Below the pieces are notes generated by a model. The model saw only the letters and a list, made by a program, of their open reading frames with translations, ran no database searches and had not been told where the DNA came from. From the NCBI GenBank assembly GCA_964653725.1, contig CAZZHK010000013.1, positions 10,724 to 74,723 of the forward strand: 64,000 nt of DNA, in the 5' to 3' direction. The position numbers were made by a program, and so were the translations under genes. Position 1 is the stretch's first letter. Each line of letters starts with the position of its first letter. This document shows positions 38,577 through 47,367 of this stretch, in pieces. This DNA comes from an uncultured Planctomycetales bacterium (GTDB taxonomy: Bacteria > Planctomycetota > UBA1135 > CAZZHK01).

Positions 38577-40373
38577 GTGGCTTGGCGGAGCATCGTGCCG
38601 GCATTGGTCCTGGCGGGCGTCGCCGTCGGCCAGGACCTGACAGTCGTCTTCGTGGACGTGGGCCAGGGGCACGGCGCCTTCCTGGTGGGGCCTACGGGCA
38701 TGGTCGTGATCGTGGACGGCGGCCCGGAGGGCGAGGGTGACGGATCCATGCGGACCGCCCTGCTCGGCAAGGGCCTCCTCGACGCGGACATCACGTTCGC
38801 CAGCCACTACCACAGTGACCACATCGGTGGCCTCGACGAGTTGTGGAACAAGGGCTACCGCCCCGGCGTCTGTTACGACCGCGGCACCGGCAACGTGCCC
38901 AGCACGTCCGCCTACAGCAACTACAAGAACAAGTACGCCTCCGTGCGCCAGGAGATCGCGCCGGGCCAGGTGATCGACCTCGGCGGCGGGGCCACCGCCA
39001 CCTGCCTGGTGGTCAACGGGGATCTCATGGGCGGGGGCTCGGTCAATGTGGGCGGCGGCGACATCGAGAACCCCTCGTCGATTGCGCTGCTTGTTTCCTA
39101 CGGCGATTTCCAGCTCTATCTGCCGGGAGACCTGACCGGCGGCGGACTGGGCACACCGAATGTCGAGACATCGGCGGCTGCCCAGGCCGGCAATGTGGAC
39201 GTGATGCTGTTGGCGCACCATGGATCCAACTCGTCGACGCAAGGGGATGTCGTCGATCTGCTGGATCCGGAACTCGGCATCGTCTCCGCCGGTGCAGGCA
39301 ACCCCTTCGGCCACCCCCACACCGAGCCCCTGGACGAGTTCACGGATCCGTCCGACATGCGGGCGCTCTGGGCCACGACGTCGGGGGTGGGCAAGCTCGG
39401 CACGGTCGTGGCGGGAGGGGCGGTCGAGATCGTCACCGACGGTTTCACCTATACGGTGTCCAGGCCTGGCGGCACACCGGTGACCTTCGTCACCGACGAC
39501 AACATCGGCAGTGCGACGGCCCTGACAGGGGACTTCGTTGTCGGGGAGTTCATGGCGGCACCGACCACTGTTTCTGACCTTGAGGGCGAGTACATCGAGA
39601 TCACGTCCCGTGCGGACGGCCCGGTGCATCTGAGCGACCTGCGCATCACCTCCGACTCCGGCTCTCAGGTGACCGTGCACGGGGGCTTCCGGCTGCAGCC
39701 GTGGGATTCCATCGTCCTGGCGAAGAACGGTGATCCCGGAGCAAACGGCGGCTTCGAAGCGACGTCCGTCATGCGTCTGGGCGCCTTCCCCCTGCCGGCC
39801 ACCACCGGCTCCATCCGCCTGAACGCGTCCTTCGGATACCACGACGTGGTCCGCTACGAGGCGGGCTGGGGCGTGGCCCCCGGCGTCGGCCACCAGCGCC
39901 GCCACCTGCTGGCCGATCCGATTGCGCCCAACTTCGGGCCCTCGAATACCCTCTACGGCCTGGGGGACATGGGGACGCCGGGGCAGCCCAACGACAACGA
40001 CGTCACCGCGGCTGTCACCTCCCTGACCCTGGTCGGCAATGCGGCGCCCGGCGGCCAATTGGACTGGCTGGGCGTGGCGCCGGACAGCCCCGTGGACTTC
40101 TTCTGGTTCGGCGTTTCAGCGGGCTGGATCCCGGGTCTCGACCTGTTCGGTACACACATCTGGCTGAACCTGGACTCGGTCATGCTCCTGTTCCTGCAGG
40201 TGCCCGGCTTCTTCGGGGTCACTTCGGCGAGCGGCACCGCGACCGCCGGCCTGCCGATCCCCGATGACCCCACATTGAGCGGGATCCTGCTCTACACCTC
40301 GTTCGTCACCCTGAACCCGTTCCCGCTCGGCGTTTCCGGGCTGACGCCGCCGTTCCCGGTCCTCATCCAGTAG
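38577..40373 (+). CDS. Secreted MBL-fold (ComEC/Rec2 C-terminal-like) hydrolase fused to a lamin-tail domain and a C-terminal module
   Basis: Signal MAWRSIVPALVLAGVAVGQD. VFVDVGQGHGAFL, ASHYHSDHIGG, LPGDLTGGG, LLAHHGSNSS, FGHPH. LTD-like GEFMAAP...GEYIEITS...IVLAKNGD. Confidence 0.7.
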   Translation: MAWRSIVPALVLAGVAVGQDLTVVFVDVGQGHGAFLVGPTGMVVIVDGGPEGEGDGSMRTALLGKGLLDADITFASHYHSDHIGGLDELWNKGYRPGVCYDRGTGNVPSTSAYSNYKNKYASVRQEIAPGQVIDLGGGATATCLVVNGDLMGGGSVNVGGGDIENPSSIALLVSYGDFQLYLPGDLTGGGLGTPNVETSAAAQAGNVDVMLLAHHGSNSSTQGDVVDLLDPELGIVSAGAGNPFGHPHTEPLDEFTDPSDMRALWATTSGVGKLGTVVAGGAVEIVTDGFTYTVSRPGGTPVTFVTDDNIGSATALTGDFVVGEFMAAPTTVSDLEGEYIEITSRADGPVHLSDLRITSDSGSQVTVHGGFRLQPWDSIVLAKNGDPGANGGFEATSVMRLGAFPLPATTGSIRLNASFGYHDVVRYEAGWGVAPGVGHQRRHLLADPIAPNFGPSNTLYGLGDMGTPGQPNDNDVTAAVTSLTLVGNAAPGGQLDWLGVAPDSPVDFFWFGVSAGWIPGLDLFGTHIWLNLDSVMLLFLQVPGFFGVTSASGTATAGLPIPDDPTLSGILLYTSFVTLNPFPLGVSGLTPPFPVLIQ

Positions 40374-40393
40374 CGGGCGGCTAGGCTCGGGCC

Positions 40394-41713
40394 GTGACGA
40401 CGATTCGCGACGCGGTCCACGGCGATGTGCGGTTGACCTCTGCCGAGGTGCAGGTGCTCGACACACCCGAGATGCAGCGGTTGCGCGGCGTCAAGCAGCT
40501 CGGCTCCGCCCACCTGATCTATCCCGGAGCGGTGCACACCCGGTTCGAGCATTCGATCGGCACGCTGCACATGGCGGCACGCATCGTGGCCGCGATCCGG
40601 CACAACGCCGAGGCGGACCCCGCGCGGTGCGCGGGCATCGATGCCGACCAGGAACAGTGGATCCGCATGGCGGCCCTCGTGCACGACGTGTCCCACATGC
40701 CGTTCGGACACCACATCGAGGACGCGCTGGGCATGTTTGGCCGCCACGACCGCCCCGAACGCATGGCCATGGTGTTCTCGAGGGAGTCGGCGGTCGGCCG
40801 GGCCCTCGAGGCCCACGGCTGCCGCCGGCAGGTGGCGGCGGCCGTTGGCTGCGGCGAGGCCACCGTGCCGCCCTTCATCGGCCAGGTGGTCGAGGACGCG
40901 GTGGGCGCGGACCTGCTGGACTACCTGGCGCGCGACGCCCACTACACGGGCCTGCGGTCGGCGGTCGACGAACGCATCTATGCAGCGTTCAAGATTGACC
41001 CGGACTCCGGGACGCTCTATCTGGATGCGGTGAAGGGCGGGGTGCTGCGCCACGACGTCGTCAGCGAGGTCGTCCGGCTGCTGGAGGACCGCTACACGTT
41101 TTCCGAGCGCGTCTACTACCACCACGCCAAGGTCGCGGCAGGGACGCTGGTCGCCCGTGGCTGCGGGGCCCTGGCAGCGGCCGGCCGGCTGCCCGACGAG
41201 CACGACCTGGCGCGCCTCACCGACGAAGGGCTGCTGCGTCTGCTGGAGGGACACGAGGCGTCCCGTCCATGGGCCGACCGATACCGCCGGCGCCGGCTCC
41301 CCAAGCGGGCCTGCGTGTATCCGCTCTACGCCAACCGGGACCTGCAGGCCGAGTTGAGCGACCGGCTGTTCGCGGCCGGGGGCGCCGACGAGCGCGCGGC
41401 CCTGGAGGCGGGCATGGCCGAGGCGGCCGGGCTGGGCGCCGACCAGGTGATGGTGGTGTGCCCCGAGACCGACATGCAGCTCAAGGAGGCCGACGTGCCG
41501 GTGCGGTGGCCCGGGGAACCGGATATCCGGCCGCTCAGCGAATTGGCAGAGCGGGTCCCGCGCCTGCCCCAGCTGGCCGAGGCGACCCGGGACCTGTGGC
41601 GGGTCTACGTCTTCGTCCAGGATGCGGACTTCGAGGCATGCCGCCGGGTCCGGAAGGCGGCGGCGGACGCCTTCCCGGGAGCCCGCAACGTTCTCGAGGA
41701 GCCCAGCGGATGA
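40394..41713 (+). CDS. HD-domain phosphohydrolase, SAMHD1/dNTP-triphosphohydrolase-like
   Basis: IRDAVHGDVRL...MQRLRGVKQLGSAHLIYPGAVHTRFEHSIGT...LVHDVSHMPFGHHIED...DLLDYLARDAHYTG. GTG start. Confidence 0.75.
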   Translation: MTTIRDAVHGDVRLTSAEVQVLDTPEMQRLRGVKQLGSAHLIYPGAVHTRFEHSIGTLHMAARIVAAIRHNAEADPARCAGIDADQEQWIRMAALVHDVSHMPFGHHIEDALGMFGRHDRPERMAMVFSRESAVGRALEAHGCRRQVAAAVGCGEATVPPFIGQVVEDAVGADLLDYLARDAHYTGLRSAVDERIYAAFKIDPDSGTLYLDAVKGGVLRHDVVSEVVRLLEDRYTFSERVYYHHAKVAAGTLVARGCGALAAAGRLPDEHDLARLTDEGLLRLLEGHEASRPWADRYRRRRLPKRACVYPLYANRDLQAELSDRLFAAGGADERAALEAGMAEAAGLGADQVMVVCPETDMQLKEADVPVRWPGEPDIRPLSELAERVPRLPQLAEATRDLWRVYVFVQDADFEACRRVRKAAADAFPGARNVLEEPSG

Positions 41714-42450
41714 CCGCGGTCCTGCTGGCACTGCTGCTCGGCGCCCAGGATGCGCCCCCTGGGAAGGAGGTCGTGCTGCGCTCGCACTTCTTCGAGGTGG
41801 GAGGCAAGAGGCTGGCGGAACGGTCTGCGGAAATTGTCCATCTGCTGGACCGAATGGAGGAACTGAGTGTGCCGGGCCCTCTCCGCCTTCGTCCCCACTC
41901 GCCCGGACGTGGAATGCTGGAGGTCCAGGCGGCGCCGGATGTGTCGGTGCGCGACATCGAGGCGCTCCTGAAGCGGGCGCGGCTGAAGGGCCGGCCTCTT
42001 GTCGCGACCCGCCTGGACCTGGGTCCGGAACAGGAGGGCGGGGAGCCCCTGGAACTGACCGAGGCGCGAGCGGGCCTGATCGGCGGCTATCTGCTGAGGA
42101 CCTGGTCGACGGTCATGGGGTGGGACGTCGCCCCGGAGCGGGCTGGGGTCTGGGTCTACCACGACCCGAGAACCAGTCCCGAGACGCTGCTGAACGTGCA
42201 GCGCGACACCCTGCTGCCCCTGCGTGTGCAGGAGGAGGAGTTCGAGGTCGCCCTCGGCGGTGAAGAGACGGCCTCCCGGGCGGTGATGAAGGAGGTGAGG
42301 CGCCTGCCGGGAGTCCTGCGTGCGGAGACCAGCCTGGCGGACGCCGGCCCGGTGCTGCGCGTGAGGGTCCGTCTGGCGTCCCTGCCGACGCTGGTGGACG
42401 GCCGCTTCGCGGTCCCGGACGTCCAGGACCTGGCCGCCGGGGACCGCTAG
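41710..42450 (+). CDS. Hypothetical protein (246 aa), short N-terminal hydrophobic signal-like segment
   Basis: ATGA overlap with the HD gene. Protein-like composition. Two segments look like cysteine-less ferredoxin-fold/HMA-like repeats, which is a weak impression only. Confidence 0.45.
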   Translation: MTAVLLALLLGAQDAPPGKEVVLRSHFFEVGGKRLAERSAEIVHLLDRMEELSVPGPLRLRPHSPGRGMLEVQAAPDVSVRDIEALLKRARLKGRPLVATRLDLGPEQEGGEPLELTEARAGLIGGYLLRTWSTVMGWDVAPERAGVWVYHDPRTSPETLLNVQRDTLLPLRVQEEEFEVALGGEETASRAVMKEVRRLPGVLRAETSLADAGPVLRVRVRLASLPTLVDGRFAVPDVQDLAAGDR

Positions 42451-43610
42451 GCGGTCTTGGCCGCAAGCGCTGATTCCAGCCGGGCCACTCCCTCGAGGAT
42501 GTCGTCGGGTCCGGCCGCGAACGAGAGGCGGATGGTGCCGGGCGCGCCGGAAAAGGAGCCGGGGATCACCGCAAGGCGGTGATCTGCGAGCAAGGCCTCG
42601 GCGGCCGCCTCGTCATCGGGACCGAAGGCCTCCGAAATGTCCGGCAGCGCGTAGAAAGCGCCCTGGGGCCGCGGGCAGGTGACGCCTGGCAGGCCCGCCA
42701 GTGCTTCCGTCATCAGGATGCGGCGCTCGGCAAACGACTCCGCCATGACGCGGTCCTCTTCGCCATTCCCCGTCAGCGCCTCGAGGGCCGCCCACTGGGA
42801 CGGCGCCGGCGGACAGCCGGTCATCTGGCCCTGAAGACGGGCGACGGCGGCGGCGATGTCCGGCGGCGCGGACAGGAAGCCGATGCGCCAGCCGGTCATG
42901 GCCCAGCGCTTGGACGTCCCGTCGACGACGATCGTCCGGTCGGCCCCTTCGGGAATGGACGCAGGAGAAACGTGGGTGGCGCCGTCAAAGGTGAGATGCC
43001 CATAGATCTCGTCGGACAGGATCCACAGGTCGTGTCTGCAGGCGATGCCCACCAGACGCTCCACTTCCTCGGCCGCCAGCACGCTGCCGCCCGGGTTGTT
43101 GGGGCTGTTGACCAGCACGCCAACGACGCCCTCCCCGGCGGCAGCCTCTTCGAGCGCGTCCAGGTCGGGCCGGTCGCCGGCGCCCGGGACCAGCACGGGT
43201 TCCGCACCCGCGGCGGTCACGATGGCCGTGTAGGACGGCCAGTAGGGGCACAGGACCAGGATCCGGGCGCCCCGCTCGGCCACCGCCATCATCCCGAATG
43301 TGAGCGCCGACTTGGCTCCCGAGGTGATGACCGTCCCCTTGGGACCCCGGTCGATCCCGGCGCTCGCGGCCAGGGACGCGGCTGCGGCTGCGCGCAGGTC
43401 CGGCAGTCCGCCGCCGGGCGTGTAGCCGCCGCGGCCCTCGCGGACCGCGCGGAGCGCGGCCTCGACCAGCCGCTCCGGCGTCGGGCAGTCCGGCTCGCCG
43501 GCGGTCAGGTTGACGACGTCCTCACCTGCGGCGCGCAGTTCCTTGGCGCGTGCGGACAGGGCCAGGGTGGGGGACGCGGGGATTGCTCGGGCCAGTCGGG
43601 TCGGTTCCAC
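42447..43610 (-). CDS. Class I/II PLP-dependent aminotransferase (aspartate/aromatic aminotransferase-like)
   Basis: VNLTAGEPD, NSPNNPGG, SDEIYGHL, DGTSKRWAMTGWRIG (PLP-Lys), IRLSFA. Confidence 0.88.
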   Translation of the reverse strand: MEPTRLARAIPASPTLALSARAKELRAAGEDVVNLTAGEPDCPTPERLVEAALRAVREGRGGYTPGGGLPDLRAAAAASLAASAGIDRGPKGTVITSGAKSALTFGMMAVAERGARILVLCPYWPSYTAIVTAAGAEPVLVPGAGDRPDLDALEEAAAGEGVVGVLVNSPNNPGGSVLAAEEVERLVGIACRHDLWILSDEIYGHLTFDGATHVSPASIPEGADRTIVVDGTSKRWAMTGWRIGFLSAPPDIAAAVARLQGQMTGCPPAPSQWAALEALTGNGEEDRVMAESFAERRILMTEALAGLPGVTCPRPQGAFYALPDISEAFGPDDEAAAEALLADHRLAVIPGSFSGAPGTIRLSFAAGPDDILEGVARLESALAAKTA

Positions 43611-43687
43611 GCCGCGAGTCTAGCGGTCCGACCCTCCCGGCTTCGCGTAGGCTCTCGGGCCATGGACCGGCTTGGAGATGGAGACGC

Positions 43688-45772
43688 GTGAGCGGGGGAA
43701 CCAAGCGCAAATGGCTCAGGTGGCTGCTCACCTCATTGGTCGCGGGCGGGATCACCCTGTTTGCCGCCTTCTCCGCGCTGGTGGTCAGCCCGTTCGAGGG
43801 CCGGTTCGGCGACATCGCCTCCGCCGTGCCGCTCGACACCGATCTGTACATCGCCAAGCGGGGACTGGGCGCGGACTTCCCGGAGTTCCCGACCCCGGTC
43901 TTCTATTCGCGCCTGAAGCAGACGCAGGGGTGGACCGCGTTCCTGAGGTCCGACCTCCGCGGCGAGGTGGAGGAGGAATACGGGGTTGAGGCCATGCTGG
44001 CGACGCTGGCCGATTCCAGCGTGAGCCTTCCCTTCGATCTGATGGATGACCTGGCGGGCCGTGAACTGGTCGTTGCGCTGCGCTTCCGGCCGGGCGGCTT
44101 CCATGCCTCGCGATGGACGGTCCTGGCGCGCGCTTCCTGGCGGATCCGCGTCGGGCTCGGCCTGCTGGAGAGGGACTGGCTGCGCGAGATCTTCGCGCCG
44201 GACCTGGCCGTGGAGGTCACGAGCGAGCCCATGAAGCGCCCGATCCTGCGCATCCAGGGTGTGCTGGGCGGGGACGACCTGTTCCTGATGAGGGACCGGG
44301 ACCTGGTGGTGGCAGCACGGACCCTCGAGGACGTGGAGTCAGTCCGACGCGTGATCGGCAGCAGCCGGGGCCGCGAGAGCGTGGGCCAAAGCGCCCGCTA
44401 CCACGACGAGGTGGTCCGCAGGCGGCCGGGCCCGCGCGATCTGGAGTGGACACTGGACCCCAGGGCACTGGCAGAGTCGACCGGGATCGGCGCCAACTGG
44501 CCCGATCCGGTGGGCGCATTCTCGTCCCGGCTGCTCAGCAACTTCTTCCGCATGTCGAATGCGGAGGCCATGGCCGGCCTGGCGCGATTCGGCGAGGGCA
44601 TCCGGATCGAGGGCGCGCTCGAACTTGACCGCGGGTCGCTGGACCGCGCGGCCCGCAAGCTCCATTCCCTGGAACCGGACGACTTGTCCGGGGGGGCCGA
44701 CCGCTACGCCGACCTGGCGCCGGCCACCACCTACGCCCTGTTCGGCGGCCGGGTGCCCGTGCACTACCTGATGACCGCCTTCGAGGGCTCCCTGACAGAC
44801 GAAGTGCGCGCCGACATCGATGATCTGCTGCAGCGAACCGGCCGCTACGAGTCGCTGATGGACCTGCTGCTGACCCTGGAAAAGGCGTTCGAGCCCAGGA
44901 TCGCCATCCTCCTTCGCGAGCACGACAAGACCGATCCCGACTACAAGCCCGGCCTCGATCTGCCCGACGACTGGCGGCTTCACAAGAACGAGGAGGGCTA
45001 CTTCTCGCCGTTTTCGCCGCCCAACGACGGGGGCAGCGATCCCCTGTGGGCGGTCTGCCTGTGGATGCGGCACAGGGACGTTGTGGAGTCGGTCATCGAC
45101 GACCTCACCAAGGAGGGCTACAGGGCGCTTGGCTTCGAGATTCAGCCCTTCGACTACGAACTGATGGGGACGATCCTCCACGAGCAGTGGACGCCCCTCG
45201 TGCCGGGAACCGGCGAGGTGGCCTGGGGTTTCTTCACAGGGCGGGGCGGCTCCGACCTGTTCGTGGTCAGCAACCACGCGCGATTCATCGAGGAGATCGG
45301 CCGCGCGCGCGGAGGACGGACGCCGTCCGTGCAGGACCTGCCCGCCTACCGGGCCGCCCGGTCCAGGGCCACGCAATCCTCGAGCATGTTCGTCTGGCTG
45401 AACGGCCTCCGGCTGGCGGATTACATGGAGCAGCAGGCGGACGAGTGGGTTCGCGAGATCCTGGAGGGCCGCTTCGACGACGTGGCTGTCCAGGCGCGCG
45501 CTGACACGCGGCTCGAGCTGCTGGGCTCGCGATTCGCGGGCGCGCGCACCACCTCCGACCTGACACGGCCCCAGCGCGACGAGCTGGAGCGACTGGTGGA
45601 GGACCGGATGCGCGCCCTGCACACTGAATTGTGGACGCGTGACAGCGTCTCGGTGGGACGCGGCGTCCGGGACCGGATCCGGTGGCTGCACCTGCTGCCG
45701 TCCATCTTCGTCAACCTCCACCTCGAGCGGGACGCGATCAACTTCGAGATCGAGGCGCGCGTCGGCTTCTAG
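43688..45772 (+). CDS. Large membrane-anchored hypothetical protein (694 aa)
   Basis: GTG 43688 gives KRKWLRWLLTSLVAGGITLFAAFSALVV (N-terminal anchor), followed by a long soluble region with normal composition. No family recognised with confidence. Confidence 0.55.
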   Translation: MSGGTKRKWLRWLLTSLVAGGITLFAAFSALVVSPFEGRFGDIASAVPLDTDLYIAKRGLGADFPEFPTPVFYSRLKQTQGWTAFLRSDLRGEVEEEYGVEAMLATLADSSVSLPFDLMDDLAGRELVVALRFRPGGFHASRWTVLARASWRIRVGLGLLERDWLREIFAPDLAVEVTSEPMKRPILRIQGVLGGDDLFLMRDRDLVVAARTLEDVESVRRVIGSSRGRESVGQSARYHDEVVRRRPGPRDLEWTLDPRALAESTGIGANWPDPVGAFSSRLLSNFFRMSNAEAMAGLARFGEGIRIEGALELDRGSLDRAARKLHSLEPDDLSGGADRYADLAPATTYALFGGRVPVHYLMTAFEGSLTDEVRADIDDLLQRTGRYESLMDLLLTLEKAFEPRIAILLREHDKTDPDYKPGLDLPDDWRLHKNEEGYFSPFSPPNDGGSDPLWAVCLWMRHRDVVESVIDDLTKEGYRALGFEIQPFDYELMGTILHEQWTPLVPGTGEVAWGFFTGRGGSDLFVVSNHARFIEEIGRARGGRTPSVQDLPAYRAARSRATQSSSMFVWLNGLRLADYMEQQADEWVREILEGRFDDVAVQARADTRLELLGSRFAGARTTSDLTRPQRDELERLVEDRMRALHTELWTRDSVSVGRGVRDRIRWLHLLPSIFVNLHLERDAINFEIEARVGF

Positions 45773-45779
45773 GGAAGAG

Positions 45780-45868
45780 TGGTGCCGGGACCGGGATTCG
45801 AACCCGGACCCCCGTTGCCAGGGACTAGGCCCTCAACCTAGCGCGTCTGCCAGTTCCGCCATCCCGGC
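45780..45868 (-). tRNA. tRNA-Leu (anticodon GAG), long variable arm, CCA encoded
   Basis: The reverse complement GCCGGGATGGCGGAACTGGCAGACGCGCTAGGTTGAGGGCCTAGTCCCTGGCAACGGGGGTCCGGGTTCGAATCCCGGTCCCGGCACCA has anticodon loop TTGAGGG and T-loop GGTTCGAAT. Confidence 0.88.
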
Positions 45869-45887
45869 ACTCTGAGGGGCGCGGAGC

Positions 45888-46097
45888 CTAGTCGAGAGTT
45901 CCGCGGCCGTCCAATGCCGCATTAGCCACGGGCTCCATCGGTTCCCCGCACGCTCCGCAAGGGGCCTGCTCCAGGTCGGTGGCGCCGCAGAGGACGCAGG
46001 CCCAGACGGAGGTCCGGACCTCCGGCGGGTCGCTCTTGCCGCAGGCGCCGATGACCGAGACCACGGCCACCAGGCCGGCCAGGAAGGCAGGTCGCAT
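45888..46097 (-). CDS. Small lipoprotein with a zinc-ribbon-like CxxC...CxxC motif
   Basis: MRPAFLAGLVAVVSVIGAC lipobox, then ACVLCGATDLEQAPCGACG; 69 aa. Confidence 0.5.
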   Translation of the reverse strand: MRPAFLAGLVAVVSVIGACGKSDPPEVRTSVWACVLCGATDLEQAPCGACGEPMEPVANAALDGRGTLD

Positions 46098-46141
46098 GAC
46101 CCTGCTATAGCACATGGGGGCGCGCTAGCATCGCGCCGATC

Positions 46142-47341
46142 ATGGGGCACGCTGCAGCAGGCAAGGCGGTGATCGGCCAATCCGGCGGGCCCACCTGCGT
46201 CATCAACGAGTCCCTGGCGGGTGCGGCCCAGGAGGCGGCCGGCGGCGGCGTCATCACGCAGTTCCTCGGGGCACGCCACGGCGTGGCCGGGATCATGGCC
46301 GGGGACTTCGTCGACCTTGACGCCGTCTCGAAGGAGCGCTGGGAGAAGATTGCGCGAACCCCATGCGCAGCCCTGGGCTCGGTCCGGCTGAAGCCCGGCG
46401 AGGAAGAGTGCGCCCGGATCTTCGAGTCGTTCCGGAGCAACGACGTCCGCTACTTCTTCTATGTCGGCGGCAACGACACCGCGGAGACCGCCTCGATCCT
46501 GCTCGGGCTCGCTCGCCGCGAGGGCTACGACCTGAAGGTCTTCCATATCCCGAAGACGATCGACAACGACCTCCGCGTCACGGACCACTGCCCGGGCTAC
46601 GGATCCGCGGCCCGTTTCGTGGCCCAGGCCTTCATGGGCGACGACCTGGACAACCGGAGCCTGCCCGGCGTCAAGGTGGACGTGGTCATGGGGCGTCACG
46701 CCGGATGGCTCACCGCCGCCTCCGCCCTCGCACGACACGACGACGAGGCTGGGCCGCACCTGATCTGCCTGCCGGAGCGCGTGCTGGACCTGGACGCCTT
46801 CTGCAGCGACGTGGAGGCGGTCTACCGGGAGCGGGGCCGATGCCTGGTGGCGGTCTCCGAGGGAGTCCACGATGCCGATGGAAACCCGGTGGCCGCCTCC
46901 GGGGAGGTCGACGCGCACGGCAACGTGCAGCTGTCGGGGACCGGGGCGCTGGCGGACTTCCTGGTCGGCCGCCTGAAGGAGCATTTCCGGGCGGCGGGCG
47001 TGGACGGCCTTCGCGCCCGCGGCGACACGTTCGGCTACCTGCAGCGGTCCTTCGTAGGGGTCCGCAGCGAGACCGACGCGGAGGAGGCCAGGCGCGTGGG
47101 CGCCACTGCGGTCCGTCTGGCCACCACCACGGACGCAACCGACGGGACCGTCGCGATCCGGAGGACAGGGGAGGGGGACGCCTACGATTCCGAGGACTTC
47201 CTGGCCGCCTTGTCCGACGTCGCCAAGGTGACCAAGGACATGCCGGCGGACTTCATCGATGGCGACTCGGACGTCACCGCCGAGTTCCTGGAATACGTGC
47301 GGCCGCTGGCGGGCCCGCTGCCCGCAGTGGCGCGTCTGTAG
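46142..47341 (+). CDS. 6-phosphofructokinase, PPi-dependent-type signature (PfkA family)
   Basis: GQSGGPTCVINES, YVGGNDTAETA (Asp at the position that is Gly in the GGDGS of ATP-PFKs), IPKTIDNDL (Lys), MGRHAGWL. Confidence 0.85.
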   Translation: MGHAAAGKAVIGQSGGPTCVINESLAGAAQEAAGGGVITQFLGARHGVAGIMAGDFVDLDAVSKERWEKIARTPCAALGSVRLKPGEEECARIFESFRSNDVRYFFYVGGNDTAETASILLGLARREGYDLKVFHIPKTIDNDLRVTDHCPGYGSAARFVAQAFMGDDLDNRSLPGVKVDVVMGRHAGWLTAASALARHDDEAGPHLICLPERVLDLDAFCSDVEAVYRERGRCLVAVSEGVHDADGNPVAASGEVDAHGNVQLSGTGALADFLVGRLKEHFRAAGVDGLRARGDTFGYLQRSFVGVRSETDAEEARRVGATAVRLATTTDATDGTVAIRRTGEGDAYDSEDFLAALSDVAKVTKDMPADFIDGDSDVTAEFLEYVRPLAGPLPAVARL

Positions 47342-47367
47342 CCGGTCTCCTGTAGGCTGGCCGGGCT

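Noticed and set aside
40394-41713. Calling the SAMHD1-like HD protein an anti-phage dGTPase defence gene.
   Set aside because: HD dNTPases of this size are common housekeeping genes. No other defence marker, mobile-element gene or compositional anomaly accompanies it. It is kept only as a low-weight possibility within a finding.
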